A stretch of 64,000 nucleotides of DNA. It comes from Malacoraja senta. Lineage: Eukaryota. Positions 33,661-46,934 of this stretch are shown here, in pieces; position 1 is the stretch's first letter; each line of letters opens with the position of its first letter. The translations under genes were made by a program, and so were the position numbers. The notes beneath the pieces are model-generated. The model did not search any database. It saw only the letters and a list, made by a program, of their open reading frames with translations, and had not been told where the DNA came from. Location: the NCBI GenBank assembly GCA_038087875.1, contig JAXLNO010000674.1, positions 62,001-126,000 of the forward strand, read 5' to 3'.

Positions 33661-33964
33661 CAGTACCATGTCCTGTGAATATTTATGGAACACGGTAACG
33701 TATGGGGGCTTTGTTTTGTTGACCCGACAGATCACAGGTAACAATACTCATTATCAAAGCTGTGGTGTAATAGCTCTGGAAGTATTTTATGTGCAACAGA
33801 CCGAGAATTTCATTGTATATCCACCAGTGTCATTTCTGAATTATGAGCATTTATTAAAATACTTTTGAATGAGTTTTACCAAGACTTTAGCATGCTACAC
33901 TGAGCTATATACTTGTTTTGTCATTGTTAATACTACAGACAGCTACTTACTCAATCATAAGATC

Positions 33965-34378
33965 ATCAGTGATAGGAACAGAATTAGGCCATTCATCCCA
34001 TCATTCATGGCTGATCTATCCTATCCTCCAAACCCCATTTTCCTGCCTTCTCCCCATAACCCCTGACACCCATACTATTCAAGAATCTATCTATCTCTGC
34101 CTTAAAAAATATCCAGTGACAGCCTCCACAGCCTTCCGTGGCAGAATTCCACAGATTCACCACCTTCCGAATAAAGAAATTCCTCATCTCCTTCCTAAAG
34201 GAGTGTACTCTAATTGTGAGGCTTTGCCCTCTGCTGAGATGCTCCCTCTAGTGGAAACATCCTCTCAACATCCACTCTATCCAGGCCTTTCACTATTCGG
34301 TAAGTTTCAATGAGGTCCCCCCTCATCCTTCTAAACTCCAGTGAGTAGAGGCCTAGTGCCGTCAAACGCTCATCAGAG
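33965..34378 (-). mobile_element. CR1 3' fragment
   Basis: ORFs 34005-34187 and 34210-34392 (GLYSLEFRRMRGDLIETY). Confidence 0.88.
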
Positions 34379-34409
34379 TGGAATAACAACAACTTTACTC
34401 TTCATATAA

Positions 34410-34660
34410 ACAATTGTCAAAACTCACACCTCCACATTCAGGGGCAGTCTCTTCCCAATTGTTATCAGGCAACTGAAACCATCCTACCAACAACTAGGGT
34501 GCAGTCTTGAACTACTGTCTCCTGCATTGGAGATCCTCGGACAATCTTTGATCGGACTTTACTGCCATTATCTTGCACTTCACGTTATTCCCTTTATCAT
34601 ATATCTGTACACTATAGATGGCTCGATTGTAATCATGTATTTTCTTTCCACTGACTGGTT
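34410..34660 (+). mobile_element. Rex1/Babar 3' fragment
   Basis: cacattcaggggcagtctcttccc...atcaggcaactgaa followed by a typical 3' UTR. Confidence 0.6.
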
Positions 34661-35514
34661 AGCACATTTAGTTTAGTTTAGTTTAGAGATACAGGGCAGA
34701 AACAGGGTCCGCACCAATTCCCGCACACTAACACTATCCTACCCACACTTGGAACAGGTTTACATTTATACCAACCCAATTAACCTACATACCCATAGTC
34801 AAGATCAAACCCGGCTGTGTGGCACTTAAGGCAGGAACTCCAGTGCTGCATCACCATGCTGTCCTTATTGTTGTAGGATGTGCAGGGAATGGAGGTATAA
34901 TATGTGCAGGCAGATAGGAGTTGGTCTTGGCATCATGTTCAACACAAACATTGTGGGCCAAAGGGCCTGTTTCTGTGCTGTACTGATCTATTGTGGTGAT
35001 TGTGAAAACACATAATAATTACTTGTTGCTGATATCTTAAGTGTATTTACTAGGTACATTAAATATTCAGACAAAACTAAATTCCATTCCCGAGCCATCT
35101 AATTCCCACACCCCATTCAGCGTGAAGCATCAACTTTCTTGATGTAATGATATATTTATTTTCTGTTAATATTTAACTGTGAGTTTAATGTTACACCAAA
35201 TGGCAATTGGCTTGTTTCCATCAGTGTTTGCAATCTGGGTGACCCTGAATTTATTGCTTAGGTGTGAGATTCCTCGCAAGGACTGAGATGAGGCAGAAAC
35301 CTGACTGTTACAGACTTTTTGGAGGGGTTTGCAAGATTTTGACCCAACACCTCCGAAGGCAAGACAATATATTTACCTGCAGCATCAAACATACCTCAGA
35401 CAGTGTCATCAAGGCATTCATCACTGTCTGTGAAAAAACATGCCCTGCACATTTCCTTTAAACTCTCATCTTAAAGCTATGCCCTCTTGTATTCAATGTT
35501 TCCATCCATATTAA

Positions 35515-35822
35515 GTTTAGTTTATTTTAGTTTAGAGATACAGGCCCTTCGGCCCACCGAGTCCGCACCGACTAGTGATCCCTGGGCATTAGCACTACCC
35601 TACACACACTAGGGACAATTTATACATACACCAAGCCAATTAATCTACATACCTGTACATCTTTGGAGTGTGGGAGGAAACCGAAGATCTTGGAGAAAAC
35701 CCATGCTGTCACGGAGAGAACGTACAAACTCCATAGATACAGCACCCGTGGTCGGGATCGAACCTGGGTCACCCACGCTGCAAGCGCTGTAAAGCAGCAA
35801 CTCTACCGCTGCGCCACAGTGA
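35515..35822 (-). mobile_element. HE1-like V-SINE
   Basis: Minus strand gtggcgcagcggtagagttgctgc (A box), ggttcgatccc (B box), V-domain, (ctaaa)n tail. Confidence 0.9.
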
Positions 35823-36435
35823 CTGCCCCTGTTCTGACTATCTATCCTATCTATACCTCTCATAGTTTTATGTACTTCTATCAGGTGTCCCATCAAACTC
35901 CGGCATTCTAGCGGAAGCAATCCATGTCTGTCCATCTGTTTCATGTTGCCAACACACCCTAGTTAAGGCATCATTCTTGTAAACCTCTGCACCCTTTCCA
36001 ATGCCTCTACATCCTTAATGTAATGGGTCAACAAAAACTGCACATAATACTCCAAATGTGGACTACCCAGCCCTATAAAACTGTATTATGACTTCCTGTC
36101 TCTAGAAACCCAAGATTCAACCCCAAGATCTCTCTGTAGATTAATGCTAACGGTCTTGCCAATAACTGTATACTTTTCCTTTACATTCGACCACTCAAAG
36201 TGTAACACCTCATAGTTGCTCAAAATGAACTCCATTTGCAATTTTTCTGCCCATTTCTGTATCTGATGTATTTCCCATTGTACACTACAGCCTTCTTCAC
36301 TGTTCACAACTCCATCAATTTTGGTGGCGCCTGCAAACTAACTAACCAACCCAACCACTGGGTGGCGCCAGCAATGGCTGCCTCGCCAACAGTCTGTCTG
36401 TCCTTTCCTTTGTGTTTTAACAGTTTGTGTTAAAT

Positions 36436-36500
36436 CAGGGGTTGGCAACCTACGGCCCACGGGCCGGATCCGGACTGTAACTCGAAATCATCCGGCCCGC
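36436..36500 (+). mobile_element. hAT (Charlie-like) left terminus
   Basis: CAGGGGTTGGCAACCTACGGCCCACGGGCCGGATCCGG. Confidence 0.6.
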
Positions 36501-36595
36501 AGGCGTAACACAAAACACACACAACACTTATCCGAGAGTAGTTCTCGCACACACACACACACAGCCAATTCCATATCACAATACCTGTCGACTCA

Positions 36596-36911
36596 AGGGC
36601 CTGTCCCACTGTACGAGCTAATTCAAGAGTTTTCCCGAGTTTCCCATGATTCGAACTCGGAGAATTACAGTAATAGCCGCTTGTAGGTACTCGGGGCTCT
36701 CGTGGACATTTATCAACATGTTAAAAAATCTTCACGAGTCTTCACGAGCTTACCGCGTTTCCTGAGTACCTGCCGTTAGCGTTACGAGCCGTTAAGAGAC
36801 GTCCCGAGTTCCGACGTACCCGCTATGTACATTCTACGTACTTACCACGAGTTTGATTTTATTTAAACTCGGGGGAGCTCTTGAATTACCTCGTACAGTG
36901 GGACAGGCCCT
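36596..36911. mobile_element. Complete Harbinger-like MITE
   Basis: TIR AGGGCCTGTCCCACTGTACGAG(C/G)TAATTCAAGAG at both ends; flanks TCA and TAA (3-bp TNA target). Confidence 0.85.
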
Positions 36912-37236
36912 TAAATCTCTCTCTCCGTCCCTACCCTCCCACCCCCTCTTCCATCCTCCCGACCACCGGAGTGAAAGCGCCCCCCCCCACCTCGGTGCTG
37001 CGGCTTGTGTGAAACTGCAGCGGGATGAGAGTGACTTCGACAAGGTGGTGCTGGAGCGGTTTCTTCGGGAGCCCAGCGGCGGACGGGCTGGAGGAAAACA
37101 AAGCATCAGCGAGGTCGGTGAGCAATTCCGCTCCGGCCACAGTGTTGCACTTTAGTCGTATTTGTCGCAGGGGTAATTGTCTTTTTGTTACGATTTTATA
37201 AAACTATAATGAATTAATTATTAACTATGGTGACAG

Positions 37237-37870
37237 ATGTGGCCCTCCATCCACTCACAGACATGGGTCCTGGCTCCTATGCAGAACACGGATGCCTACC
37301 CATGTGTTAAATGTATGTATTTCGTGTTCTTTAGCTTGTTTTACGTGGGGTGGGGTCGGGTGGGGGGTTGGGGGAAACTTTTTCTAATATCTTACCTCAA
37401 TGGAGATGCGATTTTTTTCTGTATCGTATCTCGGTCCGCACTGCAGCCTAACATCCAGGAGTTGGCGGCCTTTGGTGGGGACCGACTATTGACAGCACCA
37501 CCACGGGAGCCTGCGGAGTTACCATCACGGAGCTCACGATCCCTTTGCCAGGGATCGACCTCGGAGCTCCAACTGTGGGTGCTTGCGGAGGTAACATCAC
37601 GGAGCTCGCGTTCTCTGGTCAGAGGCCGACCTCGGGAGCTCCAAGCTGCAGGTGCTTTGACCACCCCAACACAGGAGCTTCTATCGCCCTGACACAGGTG
37701 CTTCAACCGCCCGCTGCAGGAGCTTCGATCACCCTGACAATGGTTCTACTGCCCCGACCGCGGGAGAATAAAAAGAAAGAAGATTGGACTTTGTTGCCTT
37801 CCATCACAGTGAGGAATGTGGGAATCTGCCGTGGTGGATGTTTATGTTAACTTTTATGTCATTGTGTCTT
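37237..37870 (+). mobile_element. Repeat related to 8178-9010
   Basis: Shared ccttccatcacagtgagg block and short internal ggagct... repeats. Confidence 0.5.
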
Positions 37871-37984
37871 GTTGCTTGTCTTGGGCCAGGGGTGGGATCC
37901 AGTACAGGCAAGGCCAACAACTTTAATGACACATGGATAAACAATCAAAATAAGAATGCAAGGAAACAACAAGAGATCCAATCA

Positions 37985-38085
37985 GAACATAGACACAAAA
38001 TGCTGGAGTAACTCGTCGGGACAGGCAGCATCTCTGAAGAGAAGGAATGGGTGACATTTTGAGTCGAGACCCTTCTTCAGGCTGA
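37985..38085 (-). mobile_element. PLE tail remnant with mutated hammerhead (38053-38080)
   Basis: Minus strand CTGAAGA-A-GGGTCTCGACTC-AAAA-T-GTC. Confidence 0.7.
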
Positions 38086-38697
38086 TGTCAGGGGAATGGG
38101 AGGTCGATAGATAAGGAAGTGTATAGATAAGGTCGTGTGAGATGTGAAAACAGGACAAAGGGAATGGAGATCAAGGGAAATGTAGCAGCAAAGGAAACAA
38201 AGAAGGGAAACTCTCGGAAAAGATTGACAAGGGGGGGATCTGCTACATCGTGAGAAGTTGGGGTAAATATAACACCTTTATTTAACAGCAAGCTGCTTCG
38301 ATAAACAAATAGGTAACAAGCCAACAGATGGTTACACTGATAAAGTTATACCAACAAGGGTGTTTGCAGGTTCAAGCGGAACATAAACTCTGGCCTTGAA
38401 GTATGATACTGTTTGGTTGGTTTCAGTGTGCGTACACAATGAGATTCTTTACAATGTAAATCAGAATATGAAAAACGGAGAAAAAAGTAAAATATATAGA
38501 TTCATTCTTGCAAAACCTTTCACAACATTTCAAAAACATTTAGAACCACTGAGTATTTCTTGAAATGTAAACACTATTGAATGAATAAACAAAGAACATT
38601 GAGCAGGATGACACAGGGATAAGCCCTAGCATCACAATGTCTGTGCTGGCCATGTTGCCATTACAAACTAATCCCATCTTCCTGCACATGGTCTATC

Positions 38698-38830
38698 CAG
38701 ACTGAAGAAGGGTCTCGACCCAAAACACCACCAGTCCTTCTCTCCTGAGATGCTGCCTTTCCCGCTGAGTTACTCAAGATTGTTGTGTCTACCTTTGGTT
38801 TAAACCAGGATCTGCTGTTTCTTTCCACAC
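38698..38830 (+). mobile_element. PLE tail remnant with mutated hammerhead (38702-38729)
   Basis: CTGAAGA-A-GGGTCTCGACCC-AAAA-C-ACC. Confidence 0.7.
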
Positions 38831-39734
38831 AGCCCTTCATTTCCTCTCTGTTCACATGTCAGGACCCAAGAGAGACAAGAGAAAGCTTCTTTAATGAAAT
38901 GTCTAATTAAATGTTCCAACAACAGAACAATTACAATATTACATGCAGCAGCCTAACAGGCCCATAAACAGAGTATAAATTGATAAAAAACGATAATAAT
39001 TTAAAAAAAAATAAAAGAGCCACTGTGTGGCGGGACAGTCAAAATCAATTTATTAGTTAACATAAAACATAGAGCAGTACCACATACATGCCTGTTTAAA
39101 TGCCTTTAAATATTGCTATCATATCTGTTTCCACTACTTCCTCTGACAGCACGCTCCAAGCACCCACCACTGTGTAAAAAATCATTTAAGATTTACTCCT
39201 CTCTACTCTGTGTCTCTCATGATTATATATACTTCCATCAGGTGTCCCCCACCCCCCTCATATTCCAACTCCACAAGAGCAAATGATCTAAGTTTGTCCA
39301 ACCTGTCCTCACAGCTGACACTCTCAAACACTGCTTTCAATTTTCATTCAAAGGGAAATGTGATGAGCGACAGATGATCTGTGTTCTTCGGTGGTATCAA
39401 CTGCAAGAAAAATATCAATGAGGATTCTGGGATTAACCTGTATTCCTTAAATAACGTTTTGGGATTATTTTTTAGAGGGCTGAAATATATATCAGGCAAT
39501 TCAGCCCACCGAATCCACACCAGTCATTGACCATCCGTTCACACCAGTTCAGTGTTATCACATTTATGCATCACATTTTGACTTCACGGAAGCCGATTAA
39601 GCAACAAGCCACCACGTGGTGTACGAGGAAGCTGGAGCACCTGGAGGTAGCTAGCGCAGTCACAGGGGGAAGGTGCAAACTCCACACGGACAGTACTTGA
39701 GGGCAGGATCAAGGCCAGGTCATAAGGAATGTGT

Positions 39735-40262
39735 GTAGAATTAGGCCATTCGGCCCATCTAGTCCACTTCACCATTCAATCATTACTGATCTATCTCCCT
39801 CCTCACCCCATTCTCCTGCCTTCTCCCCATAACCTCGGACACTTGTACCAATCAAGAATCTATCTATCTTCGACTTAAAAATATCCACTGACGGCCTCCA
39901 CAGCCTTCTGTGGCAACAAATTCCATGGATTTGCCACCCTCTGCCTTAAGAAATTTCTCCTCATCTTCCTAAAAGAACGTCCTTTAATTCAGAGGCTATG
40001 ACCTCTAGTCCTAGACTCTCTCACTAGTGGATACATCCTCTCCACATCCACTCTATCCAAACCATTCACTATTCTGTAGGTTTTAACGAGGTCTCCCCTC
40101 ATTCTTCTAAACTCCAAAGAGTACAGGCCCAGTGCTAACAAATGTTCATGATAGGTTAACCTACTCATTTCTGGGATCATTGTTGTAAACCTCCTCTGGA
40201 CACTCTCCAGAGCCAGCACATCCTTCCTCAGATATAGTGCCCAGAATTGCTCACAATATTCT
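39735..40262 (-). mobile_element. CR1 3' fragment
   Basis: ORF 39989-40351 YCEQFWALYLRKDVLALESVQRRFT. Confidence 0.9.
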
Positions 40263-40479
40263 CTAGCACTGAGGGAGCAGCTCTGCCAGTTGTGCCATTG
40301 TGCCGGCCTGGTAGTATTTTGGTTTAACATGTGGTAGTAAAATTGCATCACAAACTCTGCAGAACGCCCTGTATAGCACTAGATTCCACTGGTGTTTCTT
40401 TGGTGGGATATTGACCCGTGGCTCTCTGACTGAGAATGGAGATATGAAAAAAAATAGCTTTGCACATAACTCAGTTACT

Positions 40480-40800
40480 TCTTGCCTGAGTGAATGGAGC
40501 CCGCAGCTGGGGCCTGGGTCGGTGCCACGAAGGCGTCCGGAGAGGACACGGCAGCGTTAATGTAAAGGCCAGTGTGGCGGTCGATGATGGCGCCGACCGA
40601 TGGACGAGGAAGGACAAATGGAATCGAGGACGCCGCTGCTGAGGGAAGGAGCAAAGGAGGACCCGGCGTGGGGGACGTGAATTTGTAACTTTGTAAACGC
40701 CCTTTATGGGCAACTATTTCAATACCTTGTGTGTGCAAGCAAAGAATGTCACTGAGACTTGTCACATGTGACAATAAAGTATTCAATTCAATTCAATCGA
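40480..40800 (+). repeat. Retroposon 3' end with (ttcaa)n tail
   Basis: cacatgtgacaataaagtattcaattcaattcaat. Confidence 0.55.
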
Positions 40801-41309
40801 CAGCCACCTCATAATCTATTGATAACAGGCCTTTTGTTACAAGATGGCATTCTCTGGAAAGGTGTAGGTTATTAAAAAATGTTTTAATCAATTTCTCTGA
40901 TACAAGTGCACTGACCTCTTGTTCTGCTTTAACTGTAAGTAGACACACTCTCTACAATACCTTTCTCACACGACCGAACTTTGAGGATCAATTTGCACAT
41001 GGTATGTTTGAGAGCTATTTTCATTTACCGGGAGACATCACAGCCTAGCCTGAACTAGACTGCATGCTACTCTATAGTTAATCGCGAGAACAAGGCTTTT
41101 TGACTGTCAGTCTGATATTGATTACAGTTGAATTCAGGAAACCCAATACCAAACACAGCCTTTCACAAGGAAAAGCAAACAAATTGTGGCATTTACTTCA
41201 AGAAATACTCACACTCCATATTGGACAATTTTAATGAATTCTGTTTCAAACAATGAGTTCAAACCATGCTAAACAAGTCCAAAACATTCTTAATGTATAC
41301 GGAGGAACG

Positions 41310-41690
41310 GCATATGCTGGTTTAAGCCGAAGATAGACACAAAATGTTGTAGTAACTCACAGGCACAGGTAGCATCTCTGGATAGAAGGAATGGGTGATA
41401 TTTTGGGTTGAGATCCTTTGGGGAAAAAATCATCATGGCCTATGTGTAAATCTCATGTCAATGAGAATGGAGATGTTGATTGAAATGTGAGTGAGTGGGA
41501 TTTGGATGGAAATGTGAATGAACAGAATTTAAAAGTAGTCTATTGGATCTGAACACATCTTGGTCTGAAGTAGGGTCTCGACCCACAATTTCACCCATTC
41601 CTTCTCTCCAGAGATGCTGCCTGTGAGTTACTCCAGCATTTTGTGTCTGTCTTCCGTGTAAACTGGCATCTGCAGTTCCTTCCTACACAT
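41310..41690. mobile_element. Inverted pair of PLE tails separated by a short spacer
   Basis: Minus tail 41310-41420 and plus tail 41562-41690, the latter with a degenerate hammerhead starting at 41565. Confidence 0.7.
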
Positions 41691-42399
41691 TTGGTATGTG
41701 AATCAGTATTGTCTGAATGGATAATTTTTTGAATGGGTATAAGCTTCAGAATGGTGTTGGTGGGTGCATTTTTGAATGGGGTATGTGATTCAGAATGTTG
41801 TGAATGGAGGAATTTTTGAACGGGGCATGTGATTCAAAATGGTGTGATCAAGTTTATCAATGACAGATACATTTATGCAATTAATCTATATTTATCATAT
41901 TTAATTTTATAACATAAATATGAACTTCAAATTGAATTAATTACGTTCCACCCTGTTACTTGATCTTTTAGATAGTTGAGAAGGTATTGAAAGAGTGCCT
42001 TGTTCACTCAAGACCCCAGGCAATAGTGGACAGTTTATCAGCAAACACTTGGCCCAGTGCCCGAGGTACTCCAGTCACTAAGTGATGGAAATGTATTTGT
42101 CATTCCACAAGTCTCACATTGTGTAAGAGGTTGGGGCTGGAGTCTCAGCCCAACAGATCAGTCAGAAGAGGTACAGGAACAGAGGCAGGGTGAATGTGTG
42201 CTTTGTAGACTATCAGATACAGAATATTACAGGTCAGGAACTCACCATTTGGCCCACAATGTATATGCCGAATGTAATGCCAAGATAAACTGACCTAGTC
42301 GAATGCAAACAGAAATTTTACATTCGATGAACTCTTTCACATCATACAACCCATCTGCAATGAAAATTATCTCCTTCCTTCCATGACTTTTAGTTATGG

Positions 42400-43487
42400 A
42401 GTCATAGAGTGATACAGTTTGGAAACAGGCCCTTCAGCCCAACTTGTCCACACTGGGCAACATGTCCCAGCTACACTAGTCCCACCTGCTTGCCTTTGGT
42501 CCATATCCCTCCAAACCTGTCATATTAATGTACCTGCCTAACTGTTTCTTAAATGAAGGGATAGTCCCAGCCTCAATTACCTCCTCTGGGAGCTTGTTCC
42601 ATACTCCCACCACACTTTGTGTGAAAAAGTTACCCTTCGGATTCCTATTAAATCTTTTCCCATTGACCTTGAAACTATGTCATCTGATGATCTGGTCCTC
42701 GATTCCCCTACTCTGGGCAAAAGACTCTGTGCATCTACCCGAACTATTCCTCTCATGGTTTTGTATACCTCTTACAAGATCACCCCTCATCCTCCTGCGC
42801 TCCAAGGAATAGAGACCCAGCCTACTCAACCTTTCCCTATAACTCACACCCTCTAGTCCTGGCAACATCCTTGTAAATATTTTCCGACCAGTTTCAAGCT
42901 TGACAATATATTTCCTATAACATGGTGCCCAGAACTGAACACAATATTCTAAATGCAGTCTCACCAACGTCTTATACGACTGCAACATGACCTCCCAACT
43001 TCTGTACTCATTATTCTGACTGATGAAGGACAGTGTGCCAAAAGCTTTTTTGACCACCTTATCTACCTGTGATTCGACATTTAAGGAACCTTGCACTTGT
43101 ACTCCTAGATCCCACTCAACACTCCCCAGAGACCGACCATTTACTGTGTTAGACGTCCCAAAAAGCAACACCTCACACTTCTCTGTATTAAATTCCATCA
43201 ACCATTCCTCGGCCCACTGGCCAATCGGTCCAGATCCTGCTGCAATCGTTCACAACCATCGTCTACCTGCAATCGTTCACAACCATCTTCACTATCTGCA
43301 AAACCACTCACTTGTGTATCATCAGCAAACTCGCTAATCTTGGATAATTATATCATCCAAATCAATTATGTAGATGACAAACAGTAACGGGCCCAGCACC
43401 GAATCCTGAGTCACACCACTAGTCACACGCCTCCAATCAGTGAAGCAACCTTCCACCATCATCCTCTGCATCCTTCCATGGAGCCAT
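42400..43487 (-). mobile_element. CR1 LINE fragment (continues at about 45665-45830 beyond the Rex1 insertion)
   Basis: ORF 42680-43201 LVRLHLEYCVQFWAP; (ctatga)n tail near 42385. Confidence 0.9.
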
Positions 43488-45640
43488 TTAGATTAGATTA
43501 GATTAGATATACCTTTAATAATCCTTTACAGGAAATTACAGTGCCACGACAGCTTCAAGACAGACATAACATCACACATTTCCTCAAATAGCTTCCATAC
43601 TTAACAAGTTAACATACAAGTTAAAATACAAGTTAAAATACAATTAATGAAAAAAAAAAAAAAAGTGCAGTTATTTATGCGCATATATAACCTTATAGCA
43701 GCTGGTAAACAGGACTTCCTATGTCTCTCAGTTTTGCACATTGGTGCAATCAGTTTCTGACTGAAGATGCTGCTCTTGATCACCTTCAGGGCATGGAGTG
43801 GGCGAGTGGGGTTGGTCATTATTGAACCCAGTTTGTTCAGAGTTCTGGCCTCTGCCACCTGCTGGACCGTTCGTTGCTCAGCCCCGACCATTGAGCCGGC
43901 CTTCCTGATCAGTTTGTCCAGTCTGTTTTTGTCCGCTATGCGGGCGCCATCTCCCCAACAGGCCACAGCAAAAAACAGAGCACTGGCCACCACTGAATGG
44001 TAGACACTGCACAGTAGGGGTTGGCAGATGTTAAATGACCTCAGCCTCCTTAAAAAATACAGTCGGCTTTGTCCCTTCCTGTACACCGCCTCCATATGAC
44101 ACTTCCAGTCCAGCTCACTGTCAAGCTGCACACCAAGGTACCTGTGGTTAGCGACCACCTCCACCTCAGTGCCCTTAATGGTGATTGGTGTTGCTTGAGT
44201 CCACCTCCTCCCCCTCCTGAAGTCCACAACTATCTCCTTGGTTTTTGTGGTGTTAAGATGGAGGTTATTGTGTGCACTCCACTCCACAAAGTTACTTATT
44301 ATGTCTCTATACTCCTCCTCATTGCCCCCTTTAATGAGGCCGACAACAGCTGTGTCATCCGAAAATTTCTGCAAAAAGCAGCTGTTGGTGTTATATTGGA
44401 GATCCACTGTGTAGATGGTAAACAGGAATGGAGCCAGCACAGTTCCTTGTGGAGCCCCTGTGCTGCTCAAGATGGTGCTTGAGACATTGTTCTGTAGGCG
44501 CACATACTGTGGTCTGAGGGAAAGGTAATCCAAACACCACAGTACCAGTGATGGATCCACTTTCATCTTCTCCATCTTCTCCCTTAGCAGTCGGGGCTGA
44601 ATTGTGTTGAAGGCGCTTGAGAAGTCAAAAAATGTAATCCTTACAGATGCATCAGTAGTGTCCAAATGTGTGTACACCCTCTGCAGCATGTAAATGAGGG
44701 CATCATCGACACTGATGTTAGGCTGATATGCAAACTGTAAAGGATCCATTTGATTTGACACACTGGTCCTGATGTAGGAAAGGACAAGTCTCTCAAATGT
44801 CTTCATAATATGTGAAGTGAGCGCTACTGGTTTGTAGTCATTGTGGTGAGTGGGATGGGTCTTCTTTGGGACAGGTACCAGGCAAGATGTTTTCCACAGC
44901 CTTGGAACCTTCTGTAGACGCAAACTCAGGTTGAACAGGTGTGTTAGAATACCACACAGCTCTGAAGAGCAGGTCTTCAGTAGCCTTGGGCTGGTGTCAT
45001 CAGGCCCCACTGCTTTCCCTGGCTTCAGTCTGTCCAGCATCATCTTGACCTGAGCAGTATGAAGAGTCATAGGTGGGGCTGCTGGTGGAGTGGGAGGTGG
45101 AAAGAGGGGACTCCGTACAGGTGACATCTCAGGAGTGATGGAGATGATGGAGAGAGGGAGGGGAGGTGGAGAGGAAGCAGCAATGGTCAGCAGACCAGGT
45201 GGGGGAGGCTGGGGTGGTGTGGGGCAGTCAAATATGTTGAAAAATCTGTTCAGATCATCAGCCAGACTCTGTTCACCATCAGGCAGTGTACCACCTTTCT
45301 GCTTCATGCCCGTGATCTTTCGCATTCCAGCCCATACCTGCTTCACACCATCTTGCTGCAGCTGTCGTTCTAATTTGAACCTATAGGCTTCTTTCCCCTC
45401 CTTAATCCTCACCTTCAGTTCCTTTTGAAGTTCTTTGATTTTATTCCTGTCGCCCTCCATGAAAGCCCTTTTCTTCTCATTTAGTAAGGCCTTCAGGCTG
45501 CTGGTAATCCAAGGTTTGTTATTAGGGTAGCAACGAATTACCCTGGATGGCATGATGTCATCTTAACAGAAATTGATGTAATGGGTAATGCATTCTGTTA
45601 GTCCGTCAATGTCTTCCCCATACTCCCCACAGAACACATC
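43488..45640 (-). mobile_element. Rex1-type LINE, 5'-truncated, with an uninterrupted 650-codon RT ORF (43601-45553)
   Basis: GKAVGPDDTS, DYKPVALTSHIMKTFERL, FFDFSSAFNTIQP, PQGTVLAPFLF, FSDDTAVVG, YLGVQLD; (TCTAA)n tail at 43488-43510. Confidence 0.95.
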
Positions 45641-45961
45641 CCAATCTGTTGTCTCAAAACAGTACCTCATTTGCTATCCATTCAGCTATCTCCCCTTGGA
45701 TCTCATGTGATCAAATCTTCCAGAGCAGCCTACCATGCTACCTTTTCGAATACCTTTCTGAAATCCATGTACACAACATCTACAGCTCTGTAGAGCTTCC
45801 ACAGCTTGAGTTGTGCAAAGTCATGGAGAACACATTTCCGGTCAGTCAGCTAATTCCCATTGTGTTCAGTGTGTTGGACTGAGGGGAAAAATGGGATTAA
45901 AGGATGAGATTCGTTCTCCAGTTGCTGTGATACATTGTAAATGGATCAATTGTAATGTGTA

Positions 45962-46150
45962 CGAAGGAACTGCAGATACTGGTTTAAACTGAAGATAGAC
46001 ATAAAAATGCTGGAGTAACTCAGCGGGGCAGGCAGCATCTTTGGAGAGAAGAATTGAAGAAAGGTCTCAACCCGAAACGTCACCCATTCCTTCTCTCCAG
46101 AGATGCTGCCTGTCCTGCTGAGTTACTCCAGCCTTTTGTGTCTCTCTTCA
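45962..46150. mobile_element. Fold-back pair of PLE terminal repeats with central hammerhead variant (46054-46081, plus)
   Basis: gctggagtaactcagcggggcaggcagcatct..ggagagaag pairs with cttctctccagagatgctgcctgtcctgctgagttactccagc; core TTGAAGA-A-AGGTCTCAACCC-GAAA-C-GTC. Confidence 0.8.
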
Positions 46151-46934
46151 GATCGATTACAATCATGTATCGACTTTCTGCTGACTGGTTAGCACACAAC
46201 AAAAGCTTTTCACTGTAAACAGCTTTCACTGTTTCACAATAAACTAAACTGAACTGAGACTATTAATACTTCATACCTGTGCATAAACCTGGGCAAATGA
46301 ATTTTAAAATAATTCTTGACTATAACCTGCTTATGTATTCAAGTGACAGTGGGTGCATTGATTCAATGGTTCAATGATACTTTATTGTCGCATATACCTG
46401 GGTTCAGTGAAATTCCTGTTTGCATACAGTTCTGTCAAACATTTACAATACACAAGGACAATCATACTTTAGTACAAGACTACAGGAAATAGATTACATT
46501 GAGACAATACACAAGAGTTACCACATTTCCACTAACATTTTGCATAAATCAAAACTCCAAAGTTGTAAACAATGTAGAGATTTAACTTGACCTTATAACC
46601 TATTGCTTTGGTGGCAGCACTCGTTTGGAGCTGCAGGGTTTAGCCCACATTATTTGGTATTAGTGTAATGTTCACAGGATTAATCTTGCATGGAACAGAC
46701 ACTGGTCCACGGCCCTAACTTAAATCTGACTTTATGAAATAATTGAGCATTGTACACTTGACCTGACATTCCTTATCAAGATTACTAGAAGCGACAACCT
46801 GCCCAGCCAATGTTACCTCAAAGTGACTATGATTGTGATGAACATGGATTGACTTGGAACGTTTTCTGAAAGATCAGCACACATTGAAATGATAACGCAT
46901 TCAACCGTTATTCAATGCATAGATTACTTTGCCC

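Noticed and set aside
35770-35822. tRNA-like A/B boxes here and at other SINE heads
   Set aside because: They are SINE 5' regions followed by the V-domain, with no complete cloverleaf; not tRNA genes.
36593-36914. Reading the MITE flanks as a TTAA TSD (piggyBac/Kolobok)
   Set aside because: The 16981-24972 insertion into a known PLE tail duplicates exactly TCA, and the other copies fit a 3-bp TNA target, favouring PIF/Harbinger.
46585-46640. TYC-FGGSTRLELQ resembling an Ig/TCR J segment
   Set aside because: No heptamer/nonamer RSS upstream, FGxG is broken, no CDR3 spacing after the Cys, an in-frame stop lies just upstream, and the donor is weak.
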